Source of the DNA: Takakia lepidozioides
Lineage: Eukaryota; Plantae; Bryophyta
Length of the DNA stretch: 64,000 nucleotides
Assembly (NCBI GenBank): GCA_030704615.1
Contig: CM060734.1
Coordinates: 26,908,001 to 26,972,000, forward strand
Direction of reading: 5' to 3'
Shown here: positions 28,001 through 39,884 of the stretch, piece by piece
How the letters are laid out: every line of letters begins with the position of its first letter
How positions within the stretch are numbered: position 1 is the stretch's first letter
The notes under the pieces: generated by a model
Databases searched by the model: none
What the model saw: only the letters and a program-made list of their open reading frames with translations
What the model was told of the DNA's origin: nothing
Program-made: the position numbers and the translations under genes

Positions 28001-31000
28001 GAGTGTGTTGGACATACCTTGTCAGAGGTACGTGTGGAATCGAAATTGATTGAAAGGGTGAACCCATCGTTCGATGTTCAAATGAATTTTTGATTGCTTT
28101 CAATCTTTGCATGTGTGTTGGACATACCTTGTGACATGCTCTTCTCAAGTATGAAGTCAATCAAAATTGATTGAAAGGGTGAAGCCATCGTTCGATGTTC
28201 AAATGATTTTTTATTGCTTTCAAACATTGCGAGTGTGTTGGACATACCTTGTCAGAGGTACGTGTCGAGTATCAGTCAATCCAAATTGATTCAAAGGGTG
28301 AACCCATCGTTCGATGTTCAAATGATTTTTTGAATGCTTTCAATATTTGCGAGTGTCTTGGACATACCTTGTCACATGCTCCGCTCAAGTATGAAGTCAA
28401 TCAAAATTGATTGAAAGGGTGAACCCATCAATCGATGTTCGAATGATCTTTGATTGCTTTCAATCTTTGCAAGTGTGTTGGACATACCTTGTCACATGCT
28501 CCTCTGAAGTATGAAGTCAATCAAAAATGATTGAAAGGGTGAACCCATCGTTCGATGTTCCAATGAATTTTTGATTGCGTTCAATCTTTGCATGTGTGTT
28601 GGACATACCTTGTCACATGCTCCTCTCAAGTATGAAGTCAATCAAAATTGATTGAAAGGGTGAACCCATCGTTCGATGTTCAAATGATCTTTGATTGCTT
28701 TCAAACATTGCGAGTGTGTTGGACATACCTTGTCAGAGGTACGTGTGGAGTATCAGGTCAATCGAAATTGATTGAAAGGGTGAACCCATCGTTCCATGTT
28801 GAAATGAATTTTTGAATGCTTTCAATCTTTGCATGTGTGTTGGACATACCTTGTCACATGCTCCTCTCAAGTATGAAGTCAATCAAAATTGATTGAAAGG
28901 GTGAACCCATCGTTCGATGTTCAAATGATTTTTGATTGCTTTCAAACATTGCGAGTGTGTTGGACATACCTTGTCAGAGGTACGTGTGGAATCGAAATTG
29001 ATTGAAAGGGTGAACCCATCGTTCGATGTTCAAATGAATTTTTGATTGCTTTCAATCTTTGCATGTGTGTTGGACATACCTTGTGACATGCTCTTCTCAA
29101 GTATGAAGTCAATCAAAATTGATTGAAAGGGTGAAGCCATCGTTCGATGTTCAAATGATTTTTTATTGCTTTCAAACATTGCGAGTGTGTTGGACATACC
29201 TTGTCAGAGGTACGTGTCGAGTATCACGTCAATCCAAATTGATTCAAAGGGTGAACCCATTGTTCGATGTTCAAATGATTTTTTGAATGCTTTCAATATT
29301 TGCGAGTGTCTTGGACATACCTTGTCACATGCTCCGCTCAAGTATGAAGTCAATCAAATTGTTTGAAAGGGTGAACCCATCGTTCGATGTTCAAATGATT
29401 TTTGATTGCTTTCAAACATTGCGAGTGTGTTGGACATACCTCGTCAGAGGTACGTGTGGAGTATCAGGTCAATCGAAATTGATTGAAAGGGTGAACCCAT
29501 CGTTCGATGTTCAAATGAATTTTTGATTGCTTTCAATCTTTGCAAGTGTGTTGGACATACCTTGTCACATGCTCCTCTCAAGTATGAAGTCAATCAAAAT
29601 TGATTGAAAGGGTGAAGCCATCGTTCGATGTTCAAATGATTTTTGATTGCTTTCAAACATTGCGAGTGTGTTGGACATACCTTGTCACATGCTCCTGTCA
29701 AGTATGAAGTCAATCAAAATTGATTGAAAGGGTGAACCCATCGTACGATGTTCAAATGAATTTTTGATTGCTTTCAAACATTGCGAGTGTGTTGGACTTA
29801 CCTTGTCAGAGGTACATGTCGAGTATCAGGTCAATCGAAATTGATTCAAAGGGTGAACCCATCGTTCCATGTTCAAATGAATTTTTGATTGCTTTCAATC
29901 TTTGCGAGTGTGTTGGACATACCTTGTCACATGCTCCTCTCAAGTATGAAGTCAATCAAAATTGATGAAAGGGAGAACCCATCGTTCGGTGTTCAAATGA
30001 TTTTTGATTGCTTTCAAACATTGCAAGTGTGTTGGACTTACCTTGTCAGAGGTACGTGTCGAGTATCAGGTCAGTCGAAATTGATTGAAAGGGTGAACCC
30101 ATCGTTCGATGTTCAAATGAATTTTTGATTGCTTTCAATCTTTGCGAGTGTGTTGGACATACCTTGTCACATTCTACTCTCAAGTATGAAGTCAATCAAA
30201 ATTGATTGAAAGGGTGAACCCATCGTTCGATGTTCAAATGAATTTTTGCTTGCTTTCAAACATTGCGAGTGTGTTGGACTTACCTTGTCAGAGGTTTGTG
30301 TCGAGTATCACGTCAATCGAAATTGATTGAAAGGGTGAACCCATCGTTCGATGTTCAAATGAATTTTTGATTGCTTTCAATCTTTGCGAGTGTGTTGGAC
30401 ATACCTTGTCACATGCTCCTCTCAAGTATGAAGTCAATCAAAATTGATTGAAAGGGTGAACGCATCGTTCGATGTTCAAATGAATTTTTGATTGCTTTCA
30501 AACATTGCAAGTGTGTTGGACATACCTTGCCACAGGTACGTGTTGAGTATGAGGTCAATCGAAATTGATTCAAAGGGTGAACCCATCGTTCGATGTTCAA
30601 ATGAATTTTTGATTGATTTCAATCTTTGCGAGTGTGTTGGACATACCTTGTCACATGCTCCTCAAAGGGTGAATCCATCGTTCGATGTTCAAATAAATTT
30701 TTGATTGCTTTCAATCTTTGCATGTGTGTTGGACATACCTTGTCACATGCTCCTCTCAAGTATGAATTTAATCAAAATTGATTCAAAGGGTGAACCTATC
30801 GTTCGATGTTCAAATGATCTTTGATTGCTTTCAAACATTGCGAGTGTGTTGAAGATACCTCGTCACATGCTCCTCTCAAGTATGAAGTCAATCAAAATTG
30901 ATTGAAAGGGTGAACCTATCGTTCGATGTTCAAATGATCTTTGATTGCTTTCAAACATTGCGAGTGTGTTGGACTTACCTTGTCAGAGGTACGTGTCGAG

Positions 31001-31602
31001 TATCACGTCAATTGAAATTGATTCAAAGGGTGAACCCATTGTTCGATGTTCAAATGAATTTTTGATTGCTTTCAATCTTTGCGAGTGTGTTGGACATACC
31101 TTGTCACATGCTCCTCTCAAGTATGAAGTCAATCAAAATTGATTGAAAGGGTGAACCCATCGTTCGATGTTCAAATGATCTTTGATTGCTTTCAATCTTT
31201 GCGAGTGTGTTGGACATACCTTGTCACATGCTCCTCTCAAGTATGAAGTCAATCAAAATTGATTGAAAGGGTGAACCCATCGTTCGATGTTCAAATGATC
31301 TTTGATTGCTTTCAAACATATCTCATGTTGGTTTTTTTTTTTTTTTTTTTTAAAAACTTATTTAAATTTTTTCCGGCATCCATTTATTTCGTTTTTACCT
31401 TTATGTTCTCCCGCACAGCCTCCACCTTCGGCAGCCAAAGGTGGCGTGTCAGTACAATCCCGTGTCATTTTTCATTATTGTTTCTCACAAATCCAAGCAT
31501 ACAATTACGGGCAGCCCGAGAAAAAATATTATATTGCCACGTGGCCGCCATTTCCGCATCCACGTCACACTGATGGCTGATGACTGATAGCTGATAGAAT
31601 AG

Positions 31603-34600
31603 CAAATCCCCCGACAAGGGGGTCTCCACTACTCCTCCCTAAGCTTGCTTGATGGCTTTTACCTCAGATCTAGTAATGAAATCCCCACATATCTTCACAG
31701 CCATGTCCATATCAACAGTCTATGCAATTCCGATCACTACCCGATCTCTATCTCTATTCCCCCATCTATTATCCCCTTCCGACCCCTCCTGGATGTACAG
31801 ACCCCACCCCCTCAACCCAGAATTCTATCACCCATCCCACAAAACAATCTCAAGGCCTTCCAAGAACACTTCCACACCGCCTCCTTTACCTTCATACATA
31901 AAATCTCCTCTACCCTCTCAGACACTAATATACTCTTATCTCCCGAGGCCGCATGGACCGAGGCCGAGATTATCCTCTCATCTACGATGCTAGACATGAC
32001 CAAAAGTGTCTTAGCCACATGCTCAGCTCCTCCAGACCTCCCACAAACCGCCCGCTCAAAGCAAAACGGCGGATATCTCACTAGGACCCAGAAACGGGCA
32101 TGGTCCTCCCACCTCAATATCTACCACACCATCCGACGGGCCCTTGCCGTCATACCCCACTCCCCACCCCTGACATATAACAACTGGAGAACCGATCCCC
32201 GCATAACCTGTTTAAATACATTAGAAGTATGCCAACCGCTCCTACCTCCACCCACGGACACCCACTCCCTTCCCCAATGGCTTGCCTCCCTATCCAAAAT
32301 CCGGTCGTAATGCAAAAAAAGCGGCATACCTTATCACAAAAGAAAAAGCCATAGCCAATCACAAAAAATTTGTTGCCTCCTTTGGCAAACTATTACATGA
32401 GACAAAGCTATCTTCAATCCTGCAATTAACCCCCCCATCGACTGTCTCAAACAAAGACTAGGCCACCTATTAACCAAACCTGACGGCATTCGGGATGAAA
32501 TATGGTCGCAGGCATCGACTTCATACACACCCACAGTCTCTAACTGCCTGCATCCAAGCCAACACGCATCCACTTATTTATGCAAATTCAAGCACTACCC
32601 GTGGCATGACCTTGACGGCTTCTCCCTAGAAAAACGCGGCCCCCCTACAGACCGTATAATGAATCTCTTCACAATAGACCTATACGACTCATGCCTCAAA
32701 AACCTATCCAAGGCCAAGGCGCCAGGCCCAGACCTCATACCCAACGCCATCCTCCAAGCACTCGAACCCCAATTTCATGACCTCCTCTTAAAAATTTTCC
32801 AACTCTGCTACTAGCTCCACCGTATACCACACTCTTGGAAGCATAGCAGGACCATACTACTATTCAAAAAAGGTGATCCCACGGACCTTGGTAACTACAG
32901 GCCTATCGCACTAGCTAACACTATATACAAACTATTCACTAGCACCCTGACAACAATGCTGTCTACCTATGGGGAACAACACCGGATCCTCAGCGACCCA
33001 CGCAATATCTCTAGCCTTACCCAACTTACCACTGCCACGGGGACACGGCTCTTAACGCCCACGCAATTCACCCTAAGACATTCTCGAGCCACCATCAAAA
33101 CATGTAGATATGTATCACACCTCCGCTATCTATTTTGACACCCAACGATCTCCTGTACCCTGGATTGTGACTTCCCCTGTCTACTCTTCCCACACAACCA
33201 GCAAGACCTCCTCCCAGAATTCAGAACAGCTCTAGCCACCTCAATATTCCAGCAGTTAAAAAACTCCCATAACATGCATGAACGTCCCACACAGGACACC
33301 CCCACCACCACCTCCCCTCCACTCCCCACACCTACTCAATCCCAATCTACCCCCCCCAGCTCCCCAAATCATACCGCCCCGACACTTAACTCCTACCCAA
33401 CAAACCCAGAACACCCAGAAGCCTTCGTTATTGAGGCTATCCATGGCATCAAAACCCAAACTTCACTGGACGCCTTTGGCGCCACATGTGTCGATACATA
33501 CTATCTCTGTAAATGGGCCGACTATCCCATTGAAGATAACACATGGCAAATAGAAGATGACCTCTTTGGCAACCATGAAATTGCGACCCCGTTCACAACC
33601 TCACCCTCCTGACTAATTTCCACAAATCGACTAACACTAAATACCTCCACCGACAACATGTATCCCAAACCCAATCAAGGGATGACAGATACATCCACAC
33701 CCCACTTGCTGCCCCAAAATTACGGATAACAATCTCCAAATGTAACCCTGACAAAGACATTGACCAAATCCACCCTGTCCTCTGCCCAAGCCATTCCGTA
33801 ACTAACATATACACACTCCATGGACAATTTGTAGGAACAATCTCTCACACAAGGATCGCATGGCTCTGGGAGCGATATACTGCTTCCGCCATCTACACTA
33901 ACCAGCTTCAACCCCCTAGGCAAGACTTCGCCACTGAAGTATGCTGGCTAGTCGCCAGATACTTACGCAATACCCCCACTAAAAAACCTCGTACCCCTGA
34001 CAAATTAGCTCAAGCCTATGCCCATAGCACCGTCCCGGCGAATATCCTCAAATTTCTTAAAAGGCACCGCGACTCAACACACATGGTCAGGTCATGGCCT
34101 TGCCCACCCGCCACCTGGACACCTCACGCATGAAGCCCTCCAATGGGCTCGCCCTGCTGCCCGTTCCTCCCCCTCCTCTGCCACTATCCTAATTCTCACG
34201 GAACAAAAGTCACCTGCTCAACAACACCCCTTACTCCAACTCCCTCATGGGGTAACAACATTAGCCGCCATCAAACCAAACCAACTTTGCTACGCGCGAA
34301 ACCTACCCTTCCCTAAATACTTGCGACACAAAGAGCATACTCTGATATTAATTCTGCTTGTCCATAATAACCCCCACCCTTATACCCCCCGACTTCCCTA
34401 CGCACCTTAAACATCTTCTATCTGATACCCATGACATGCTACTCACCACTTACATACCCCAAGCGAGCCATTGTCCTCCCACCCGACCACCGTCTAAACA
34501 AAAAACTCACACAATCTGGGACAAAATCCCACCTCGTCCCCACAACCCCCCCTCATGTAACCCCTCACGACCCCCCGCCGGTCTACCTTGGGCCCACCTC

Positions 34601-35760
34601 CCCCAAATACCCCCCACTCCACTCACACTACACGGATGGCTCCCAGTCTGGCTCTCTCGCTGGATATGGCGTCTTTCATGCCGCCACCAACAAAGGGACG
34701 GCCCATAGGCTCCCTGGACCCGCCACATTCTCTGGGCCGAGCTAATGGGCATCTTTGAAGCCCTGTCACAACTCACCCTATTCCCCCCACCATACTACAT
34801 TTTTACGGACAGCCTCAACTCACTCTTTTTACTTAGAAACCACCTGGCCTGCCCCTCCTCCCACCTCCACCACCCCGACCACAACCTTATCTCTGCTATT
34901 GCCAACTTAGCAAAGATAAACCCATCCACTTTCTCAAAGTTTGTTCGCACACTGGTATTGCTGGCAACGAAGAGGCAGACCTCCTAGCACAACTAAGAGC
35001 CTCTAAACCCTCAGTTGAACCACCAGCCAGCCCCATTCACGTCGCCCATGCACATCCCTTCTGGATGATCTACCCGGTACCTAGCCCTCCAACAACCCGC
35101 CCAATCCGAAACCTCCTTAAAACCCTCACTAAGGAAGCCAACAAACAAGCTGCAGCCTCTCTCAGCCACACCAAACTTCATATCCAAAAATGGACCCTCT
35201 CCAATGTGTTGCACCATAAATTATCAAACCACTTATGGAACTCTAAAGCCGCCTCAGATGCTCAAATACGGCAAACACTCAAAATTTAGATATGCTCAAT
35301 ACATGGGCCACCAATGCAACACACCTTCTGGCCAACCCTATATCCATCCCCGCACTGCCCACTCTTTTCCCACCTCCATGCTAAACGTGACACCTGGCCT
35401 CATATTCTCAGCGAATGTCCGCACCCTGTCATCCACGGGTTGCGAATCGCTCGTCTTAACCACGCCGTATGACACATCCACAAGCTGTTCTTACAACGTC
35501 GTACAACCAAATGGTTTACACTCATCAATGCTGGCACCTACTAGGGCCGGCCCCCCGACCACACTGTACCTACTTGGCTCCTTCCATGTATCTGTCAACC
35601 TCACGTATCTTGCACATGCCCCGCTAGACTATGCCCGGACATTCTCCTAGTCCAGGGCCTACCCACTGACACCCCCCTCCCCCCCCCCCCCCTCTCTACA
35701 CCATCATCAGATATCACAATACATTTTATAGAATTCACATACTGTCATGACCGCTTCCTT
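31603..35760 (+). mobile_element. Degenerate Dualen/RandI-like non-LTR retrotransposon: APE C-terminus, partial RT, chromodomain, RNase H, CCHC, restriction-like endonuclease
   Basis: APE end: SLLDGFY...CNSDHYPISISI (~31640-31760). RT start: KAPGPDLIPNAIL...TILLFKKGDPTDLGNYRPIALANTIYKLF (~32715-32940), then an internal deletion near 32997. Chromodomain ~33418-33565. RNase H: YTDGS/AELMGI/IFTDSLNS/SHTGIAGNEEAD (~34630-34990). C-terminus: CPLF..DTWPHILSEC, RLNHAV, CPDILLV...IEFTYCHDRF (~35355-35757). Several stops and frameshifts. Confidence 0.8.
33418..33565 (+). other. Chromodomain-coding segment within the non-LTR element
   Basis: EAFVIEAIHGIK...YYLCKWADYPIEDNTWQIEDDL aligns by eye to the chromodomain consensus E-Y-EVEKIL...YLVKWKGY-EEENTWEPEENL. 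The cage aromatics F, W and Y are present. Confidence 0.8.
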
Positions 35761-35766
35761 GGGGGG

Positions 35767-37097
35767 GATGCCTCCGCGTGAGCCTGGTCGCTTGAACATG
35801 TGAGCACGTGAGCACAGTCAGGCTCACACCACGTCAGCAGTCCTCGCCAACGTGGTTGACGCCACGTCACGTCATGCCACGTCATTTCCATAGGCATGGA
35901 CCTATAACCGCGGACAGAACAGGCGGAAGGGGGGAATGCTAGATCGTGAGCCCAAAGGCGTGAGGTAGGTGCCTATTTCCGTGGAATGATTTACCTTTTC
36001 CAGTCATTGCAGACTACATCTTTAACATGAAAGGAAGAATGAGCGTGCTAGTTTCAACAAGCTTTTGCATCAGTCGATAACAAGGTGTAGTAGCAGTTCC
36101 CAGTATAGATCCCCAACCCTCAAAGTTAGTCGGAGTGGAATTGAGGCTTTCCTACGTAAAAATCGCCCAGATGGAATAGACTGATTTAGATATGGTCTAC
36201 ATACTAAGCCCTTGCAGGTTTGGAAATTAAGTATCAAGTATCTGCTCTGTTTTTTTTTTTTTTTTTTTTGGGAACAATACGGAAACACAGAAAAAAAAAA
36301 AAAAAAAAAAAAAAAACAGAGCAGAGCAGAAGTGATGATCCGCATCAATCATCACTTCTGATGATTGGTGCCGATCATCACTTCTGCTTTGTTTTGGCAT
36401 TTGGCGTGTGCCCTGTGTGGCAAGTTCTTAGACCTCATGCATCATGGCATCTTTGGACGTCAAGATGGGCTCTTGGCTTTGAGGGGAAACCATCTTCTGA
36501 TAAACTTGTAAGCTCAGTCCACTCAGACTTTTTGTCTTTGTCCCGTAAGGCGTTCCGCATGGTTGGGGAAGGTGTTTGCAGATGTGCCCTCTGGTTGGAT
36601 GCTATTTTTCTATTATTTGGTCTTCCATCTCAGTCTACCGTGTATCTCTGTTGTGTCGTTATGTATTGCCGGCTTCTTTTTGATACCATCATCCCTCTTC
36701 TCTTCGTTATTTGGGGAGGAAGCAGGGTCTTCCTGGGTTAGCCTCTATGAAGCTTTACGAGGTTATTTTGTCCTCTTTGTAATTGTTATTGTAAAACTTA
36801 CAATTGTAATTGCAGAATGTTGTGGAATGGATACCACAGTTTTAGGCTTATTTCCCATTTCGGGTATTTTGATGGTATTCTTGATGGTATTTTGGTTTCA
36901 TGTTGCCTAAGTTCATCCCACGGTCATAGGACCCTCGGGTATAGGCGCCGTATGTTTCTGTTGATGTGGCGGATGCTGACGTGGCGCCACGTCAACATTC
37001 GACACCATGGCAACCTGTTGGCATCACGCTCACGCCACGTCACCAGTGTGTGAGCGTACGCTCACACGCTCACACGCGAGGCTCACGCGGTTGCGTT
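35767..37097. mobile_element. Non-autonomous TIR DNA transposon (~1.3 kb)
   Basis: Perfect 12-bp inverted repeat CCGCGTGAGCCT (35774-35785) / AGGCTCACGCGG (37079-37090), with GTGAGC/GCTCAC and CACGTC subterminal motifs. No convincing coding capacity. No TSD identified. Confidence 0.6.
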
Positions 37098-37147
37098 GTT
37101 GCTTTCCTGGTGCCGCTATTCTAGAAAAACGTCAAAAATACGCACCA

Positions 37148-38520
37148 TTAATACTTGCCATCCGCAGACAATGATAGGGCACTGGCCCATTCACTGTCAT
37201 CACTGCTGGCACCAGAGGAAGTATTCATAATGACAACATCTCCGCCCTCCAAAACAATTTTCAAATCCCTGTCACATCTGTCCATAAGTGTTTCAAAGCC
37301 ATACACCTCATTGCGCTCTGCTCTCTCACTGCCATCATCACCAACAAGCGCCAACTAGAATCCAGCCTTCCTCCCGCTCCCTAGGAACCTTGTCCCATTC
37401 TATGACGAACGATGCGATCAGCCACAGAATCCCCCAAGATTGCAGCTCTGAACTGAAGTGAGTTTGTGATGCCCAATCGCCGAAGCTCTTCCTGCGAAAG
37501 GGTGACATCTGTCCGAAGTCTGCGGGAAGTGGATGGACCCTCAACAAGGGTATGAGGCCAAGATGACCTTGCGTGCCTCCGAGTCTCATTGTAAAATGTC
37601 TCCAAGACCTCATTGTCGTCATGGTCTGACTTAGCCTCAACAAAAGGAGGGATGTCTCCATGGTGTGATAACCGAGTCTCTTGTAAAATGTCTCCAAGAC
37701 CTCATTGTCGTCATCGTATGACTCAGCGTCAACAGGAGGAGGGGTGTCTCCATGATGTGATAACTACTTCATCTGATCTCCAACAGTATCGTCACTCTCA
37801 TGAAAATCCTCTACAACTTCATCATCCTCTGCATCTTCGTCGTCATCAGTATCCTCCACATCCTCATCGTCCTCACCATCCTCTCCATCCTCATGACTGC
37901 CATCATCCTCCCCATCATCATTGTTCTCATCATCTTCATCATCATCGCTCTCCGCCACTCCTTTGATCAACCTGTATTCGCGGGCTTTCACCTTGCATTG
38001 TTCAATGCGCTCGCCATCTTTCGCAAACCAATTGGACATGGCATTGTCAACGAACTCGGTGATGAACTCATCTTGCTGTCTACACCATTGTCAAAGCCAA
38101 AAAAATTATAAGTCTAAATGAACAAAGTACATCAAGTATAGCAAAAGAAGAACAAAATACTTAAGAGAGAATCATGATAAGTACCTCCCCAAGCTCTGCA
38201 GATTGTTGGGATCATTCTTCCATATTGTTTTCACTTTCTTCGTGTACTTGGCAATTGCTTTGGAACGCAACAAATTATACCGTACATGCCATGAACGCAT
38301 CATTTGGAGGCTACGGGCCTTAGACATCGCTCCATCATAAGCAATTGCAACGGTTCGTGGACGACCAGACTCTCCATGTGGCAACGGAGGTTGTCCGCAT
38401 GGACCCATGTGGTTGTTCAGGCTACTTTTGGCTCCATAGTCTTTTGTGCACTTTAGACATATCCACCTTCTAGTCTCAAGATCAAAAGAGTAATGCTCTC
38501 CCCCTTTAGCATACTCCATG
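37148..38520 (-). pseudogene. Probable TE-associated spliced gene remnant: C2H2/C2HC-like zinc finger plus acidic domain
   Basis: WICLKCTKDYGAKSSLNNHMGPC in the 38172-38567 ORF. A probable GT-AG intron at ~38197-38084 leads into an Asp/Glu-rich ORF (37764-38039). An internal ~93-bp duplication lies at ~37581-37765. Downstream frames are broken. Confidence 0.4.
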
Positions 38521-38557
38521 TAGAATCCTATCACAAACAACCAAATGTGTACAAGTT

Positions 38558-39065
38558 GGAAACTCAACCGATATTTCCTCCAAACATATTAAGCTTCATT
38601 CTGCGCTAGAAAAACCTCGACCGGGCTTTCCTATTAAAGCCATTATGTCAGGGAAACCTCAACCGAGATTTCCTCCAAACATATGAAGCTATATCATTCA
38701 ACTGATATGCCAGGGAAACCTCGACCGGGCTTTCCTCCAGACAGTATACATTTCAGGGAAACCTCGACCGCGGTTTCCTGTAAACATATCTTTTGATATG
38801 CCAGGGAAACCTCGACCGATATTTCTTCCTAACATACAAGCTATATCATACAAGTAATATATGTCAGGGAAACCTCGACCGGACTTTCCTCCAGACATAT
38901 TAAGGTATATATTGGATGTCAGGGAAACCTTGACCGCGGTTTCTTCTAACATATCATCACTTAAGTGCCAGGGAAACCTCGACTGATCTTTCCTCCAGAC
39001 ATATTATATCATTCAAGTGGTATGCCAGAGAAACCTCGACCCCGCTTTCCTCCAAACATATTAAG
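38558..39065. repeat. ~10 copies of a partly palindromic motif CAGGGAAACCTCGACCGnnnTTTCCTCCAAACATAT with variable AT-rich spacers
   Basis: Copies start near 38558, 38608, 38649, 38711, 38754, 38801, 38865, 38920, 38968 and 39025. The period is ~40-65 bp. Confidence 0.85.
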
Positions 39066-39884
39066 GTATTAAGTGATATATCAGTGAGATTATCTAGACT
39101 AAGTCCAAACAAAAGCATGAAAATATGGAATCCATGGTGGAAACCCCATGTGTGCATTTACACCAAAAATTGGGAGCCATGGAAAGCACAAGTGTGCTTT
39201 GCTTGTTGATTGAGCAAATGGTCATGTTCACTTTCTAAGCCATGCCAAAAAGCACAACTAAGCTTTCCCTGTTCATTGAGCAAGTGACCATGTTCATTTT
39301 TCAAGCCAAGGCAGAAAGCACAAGTGTGCTTTCCTTAGTAATGTGTGAAAGAAGAGAAAACAAAAACATGAAAATGCTTCAAAGAATGAGCTCTTACCTA
39401 CTTGATTGTTTGAATGCTTGAATGCTTGAATGCTGCAATGCCTGCGATCTGCATCCACCATTCATGCTCATTAATCCATTCACACTCACATGTGATACAT
39501 TCACAATGCAAACATAATCAAAGGAACTCACCTAGTTTGCAAAGAACTCACAAACCAACCGTCGCCCCAAACAAACAAAACCCTAAACCAGCCGCCGCTC
39601 TAAAAGACCCTAACCTCATCCATTTTAAAGTCATCCCCCAAATTCATCCATGGATGCCAAACATGCCATGGAGCCTGCAGGATGGGGCCTCGCATGGAGC
39701 ATGGGGGAGGGCTCATAGAGCATGGTAGGGCCCGCATGCATGGTGAGGAGTATGGCGAGCAGCGAGGGAAATGGCATGGGCCGGGCATGGGGCTGGCTCT
39801 TGGCATTAATGGAAGAATCCCATTAATGACACATATTAATGTGCCTTGCCTGGTAGGGACAAGGCCTCTCAAGAGGCTAATCCT

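Larger units (their letters stand above)
549..31319. repeat. Tandem satellite array, ~120-bp monomer with A and B variants (often a ~241-bp A+B dimer), roughly 250 monomers, candidate (peri)centromeric repeat
   Basis: Shared core: TTGATTGAAAGGGTGAACCCATCGTTCGATGTTCAAATGA(A)TTTTTGATTGCTTTCAA...GTGTGTTGGACATACCTTGTCA. It is followed by GAGGTACGTGTGGAGTATCAGGTCAATCGAAA (type A) or CATGCTCCTCTCAAGTATGAAGTCAATCAAAA (type B). The repeat is seen directly; a centromeric role is inference. Confidence 0.97.

Noticed and set aside
549-31319. Dozens of 60-105 aa ORFs (MLSNIASVLDIPCQR..., MIERVNPSFDVQ...)
   Set aside because: They are chance translations of the satellite in several frames, mostly with non-ATG starts and broken by frame-shifting indels.
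549-31319. 5S rDNA or tRNA array (120-bp unit, GTTCGA motif)
   Set aside because: There is no resemblance to the 5S rRNA sequence, no spacer or terminator organisation, and no A-box/B-box pair or cloverleaf.
36220-37053. Hydrophobic ORFs inside the TIR element
   Set aside because: They derive from poly-T/poly-A and low-complexity sequence and show no recognisable domain.
38558-39065. CRISPR array
   Set aside because: The context is eukaryotic and spliced. The repeats are degenerate, the spacers vary in length and resemble one another, and there are no cas genes.
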